A DNA stretch of 64,000 nt from Octopus vulgaris (taxonomy: Eukaryota): assembly GCA_951406725.2 (NCBI GenBank), contig OX597814.1:42594001-42658000 (forward strand). The letters run 5' to 3'. The translations under genes were made by a program, and so were the position numbers. The notes below the pieces were generated by a model, which searched no databases, was not told the origin of the DNA, and saw only the letters and a list, made by a program, of their open reading frames with translations. Every line of letters starts with the position of its first letter. Within the stretch, counting starts at the first letter, position 1. Positions 61,390 to 64,000 of the stretch are shown piece by piece.

Positions 61390-61580
61390 GTTGGTAGGGC
61401 CGATAACAAGCGAGCATTTCGTCCGTCTGTATGTTTTCCGTTCAAATTCCACCGAGGTCGACTTTGTCTTTCATCCTTACATGGTTGATGAAAATAGTAC
61501 CAGTTGAGCAGTAGACTCGATAAAATCGACATTCCTACCACCTCGAAATTGCTGGCCTTGTACCAAATTTTGAAATCAAT
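61390..61580 (+). mobile_element. SINE family 1 (diverged)
   Basis: gttcaaattccaccgaggtcgactttgtctttcatcc...gtaccagttgagca. Confidence 0.8.
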
Positions 61581-62017
61581 ATCATTCTACATAAGTCAGG
61601 GGAAATATATTTCCAATTAGAATAAGTGCCTCAATTTGTGAGCAACTATATATAGGGATATATTTGACATCAATACAGGGAAGAGAAAGAAAATTTTAAT
61701 TCATTAAAATATCGCATAATTTGCGAGAAATGCAGCTTCGTCTGTAATTAGCTACATTATTTACATTATTTACATTATTTACATTTGACGGATATTGTCC
61801 TCATCTTGTTTGTTGTAATCACAACGTTTCGGATGATATACCCTCCAGCCTTTATCAGGTGCCTTAGGGAAATTTCGAACCGGAGTTCTCATTCCTAACG
61901 TATTTTTGGATATTATTATTATTTATCACTTCTTGGAATCGAACTCGGAATCTTAACCACTACGCCATATGCCCGTGGGCAATTATGGAGTGAATTTTAG
62001 GGCTTATAAATCTAGCT

Positions 62018-63640
62018 ATCAAAAGACTACAGAGTGACAATTCCATTATAATACTTCCAGGGGAGAAGGGAAACACTACTGTGGTGATGAACAAGTCTGA
62101 CTACTCTGAAAAGTTGGCAAGTCTTATAAGTGATGGTAGCTACAGCAAAGAAAAGAAACACCCAACTCTGAAAACAGAGAAGTTGTCACAGATATTGATC
62201 AAGAACAATTACAGACAACTGATTCAACAGCACCGTAATCTACCATACACGTACGGTCTCCCTAAGATTCACAGGAATGGTATTCCATTAAGACCTATAG
62301 TGGGATGTAGAGGTACAGCATGTCATCCACTGTGTCGCTTCCTTATGGATATAATCAGCCCATTAGCAGGAAAGTCAAAATCGTACGCGAAGAATTCCAC
62401 CCACTTCACAGAATTGATCAAGGATAGCCCCATTGAATACAACCAGATGGTGAGTCTAGATGTGATAGGTCTGTTCACCAAAGTCCCACTAGTGAAGTAC
62501 TATCGTTGAATAAAGAAAAACTAGTGACAGACACCCATCTAAAAAGACGCACTAGTATACCAATAAGGAACTTGATGGAAATGTGGACTGTCTGTGTAGA
62601 AGCTACATACTTCAGACACTGATATATATCGACAAGAAGAGGGTTTAGCTCTGTGTGCGCCATCATCACTAGTAATAGCCAATATATACATGGAATACTT
62701 TGAGAATTTCGCTTTAGGATTAACACCACTAAAACCAAAACTATGGCTACGATATCTTGATGATACCTTTATACACAGGCCCCACCAGGAATATGTCCGA
62801 GTGCTGTTAGATCATGTGAACTCATTAAAGCCATCCATACAGTTCACAATGGAAAAGGCAAAAGACAATCGACTGGCATGCCTGGACGTATTAATAACAC
62901 GCACCAAGTATGGATGCAGGATATCCGTATACCGCAAGCCCACCTTTACTGCACGATACCTCAACCTTCAATTCCTACCATCCATACACTGTAAAGAGAT
63001 GGATTGCTCAGTTCCTAAAACATCGTGCAAAGAATATAAGTAGTGATCGTGATACCCACCACGAAGAAAGGATCAAGCTCAGTAACAATCTATTAAGCAG
63101 CAACTACCACAAAAATATACTATCCGCTCCAATTATGAAGAAGAGAGAGGATGAGACCAGTAAACAGTCGACAGTATATCTACCCTATGTGAAAGGCCTC
63201 TCCGAAAAGATAGAAAAGATATGCGGCCCCATATGACATCAAGAGTGTATTTAAGTATAATACAACACTTCGCAAATATCTCCTTTGAGTAAAACCACCC
63301 ATTAAAGCGAATATGACAAAGACTGCGTGTACTCCATGCCATGCAGCTGTTGTAGGTTATACAAAGGCGAAAGATGCTTCCCTCTCAAAATAAGGGTAGA
63401 CGAACATCACAAAGCTATGACACGAGGATATATCGATAAATCGGGTTATAGCTGATCATATTTAGATAACTGGAGACCACCTCACCCTGTAGGATGAAGT
63501 TAAAATAATAGACAGAGAACACCACTGGAAAATAAGAAAAATAAATGAAGCAGCACATATGGTAGCATGCAACAATCTCCTAAGAAAACCGAGCACAGAT
63601 AGGAGATGCATATGTGAATCGGTATTAAGGAATGATAGAA
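62018..63640 (+). pseudogene. PLE reverse transcriptase + GIY-YIG endonuclease (frameshifted)
   Basis: EKGNTTVVMN, YGLPKIH, PLRPIV, MVSLDVIGLFTKVP, ANIYME, WLRYLDDTF, IQFTME, LDV, VYRKPT, LPYVKGLSEKI and CVYSMPCSCCRLYKGE...RVDEH...RKINEA. Confidence 0.92.
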
Positions 63641-63686
63641 AGATGTTAGATTTATAAGCCCTAAATTCACTCCGTAATTGCCCACA

Positions 63687-63757
63687 GGCACATGGTGTAA
63701 TGGTTAAGAGTGTGGTCTACAAACAACAAGATTCCGAGTTCGATTCCAAGCACTGAC
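63687..63757 (+). promoter_or_regulatory. tRNA-like Pol III internal promoter inside the PLE terminal repeat
   Basis: A box TGGTGTAATGG (63693-63703) and B box GAGTTCGATTCC (63736-63747). Also present, internally deleted, in the inverted copy at ~61933-61974. Confidence 0.7.
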
Positions 63758-63834
63758 TAATAATAATAATAATAATAACAACAACATTACAAAATACCTT
63801 AGGAATGAGAACCTAGGTTCGCGATTTCCCCAAG

Positions 63835-63878
63835 ACATCTGATGAAGACTGGGGGGTTTATCAGCCGAAACGTTGTGT
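63835..63878 (+). ncRNA. Minimal type I hammerhead ribozyme-like motif
   Basis: ACAU-CUGAUGA-a-GACUG...CAGCC-GAAA-CG-UU-GUGU. The inverted copy at 61820-61862 has GGCUG but a CUGAUAA core. Confidence 0.75.
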
Positions 63879-64000
63879 TAACAACTAACAAGATAAGGAC
63901 AAATATCCGTCAAATGTACGTAATTCCTCATCTCTTAAATATAGAACTGCAATTTTAGTATCACAGCAGTAATTATAACTTCATCCAATTCTATCTCGTC

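Larger units (their letters stand above)
61753..63949 (+). mobile_element. 5'-truncated Penelope/Poseidon-type retroelement with an inverted terminal-repeat copy at its 5' end
   Basis: 61780-62014 is the reverse complement of ~63647-63918. An RT + GIY-YIG pseudogene lies between them. Confidence 0.92.

Overview
AT-rich, microsatellite-dense eukaryotic DNA. The repeat landscape suggests a coleoid cephalopod, probably Octopus (inference). No host protein-coding gene can be supported, and most six-frame ORFs are microsatellite artefacts. The window is dominated by mobile DNA. (1) About 13 pieces from at least 5 families of restriction-like-endonuclease (RLE) non-LTR retrotransposons of the R4/Dong type, nearly all abutting (TAA)n. 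These include a co-oriented array at 32.3-41.6 kb with one uninterrupted 735-aa RT-CCHC-RLE ORF (35429-37636) next to a ~1.1-kb (TAA)n tract. (2) Several Penelope-like element (PLE) remnants and non-coding PLE-style repeats carrying about 15 minimal type I hammerhead ribozyme-like motifs. (3) RTE LINEs, mariner and maT-like DNA transposons, a non-autonomous Helitron, a Helitron PIF1 remnant and three families of tRNA-derived SINEs. The best candidates for something new are a very young non-coding 546-bp tandem-plus-fold-back hammerhead repeat (retrozyme-like, 1091-2323), a PLE whose terminal repeat joins a tRNA-like Pol III promoter to a hammerhead (61753-63949), the multi-family (TAA)n retrotransposon array, and a fixed-spacing CCAAT-N12-CRE module array in a PLE 3' region. 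All alignments and folds were done by eye.
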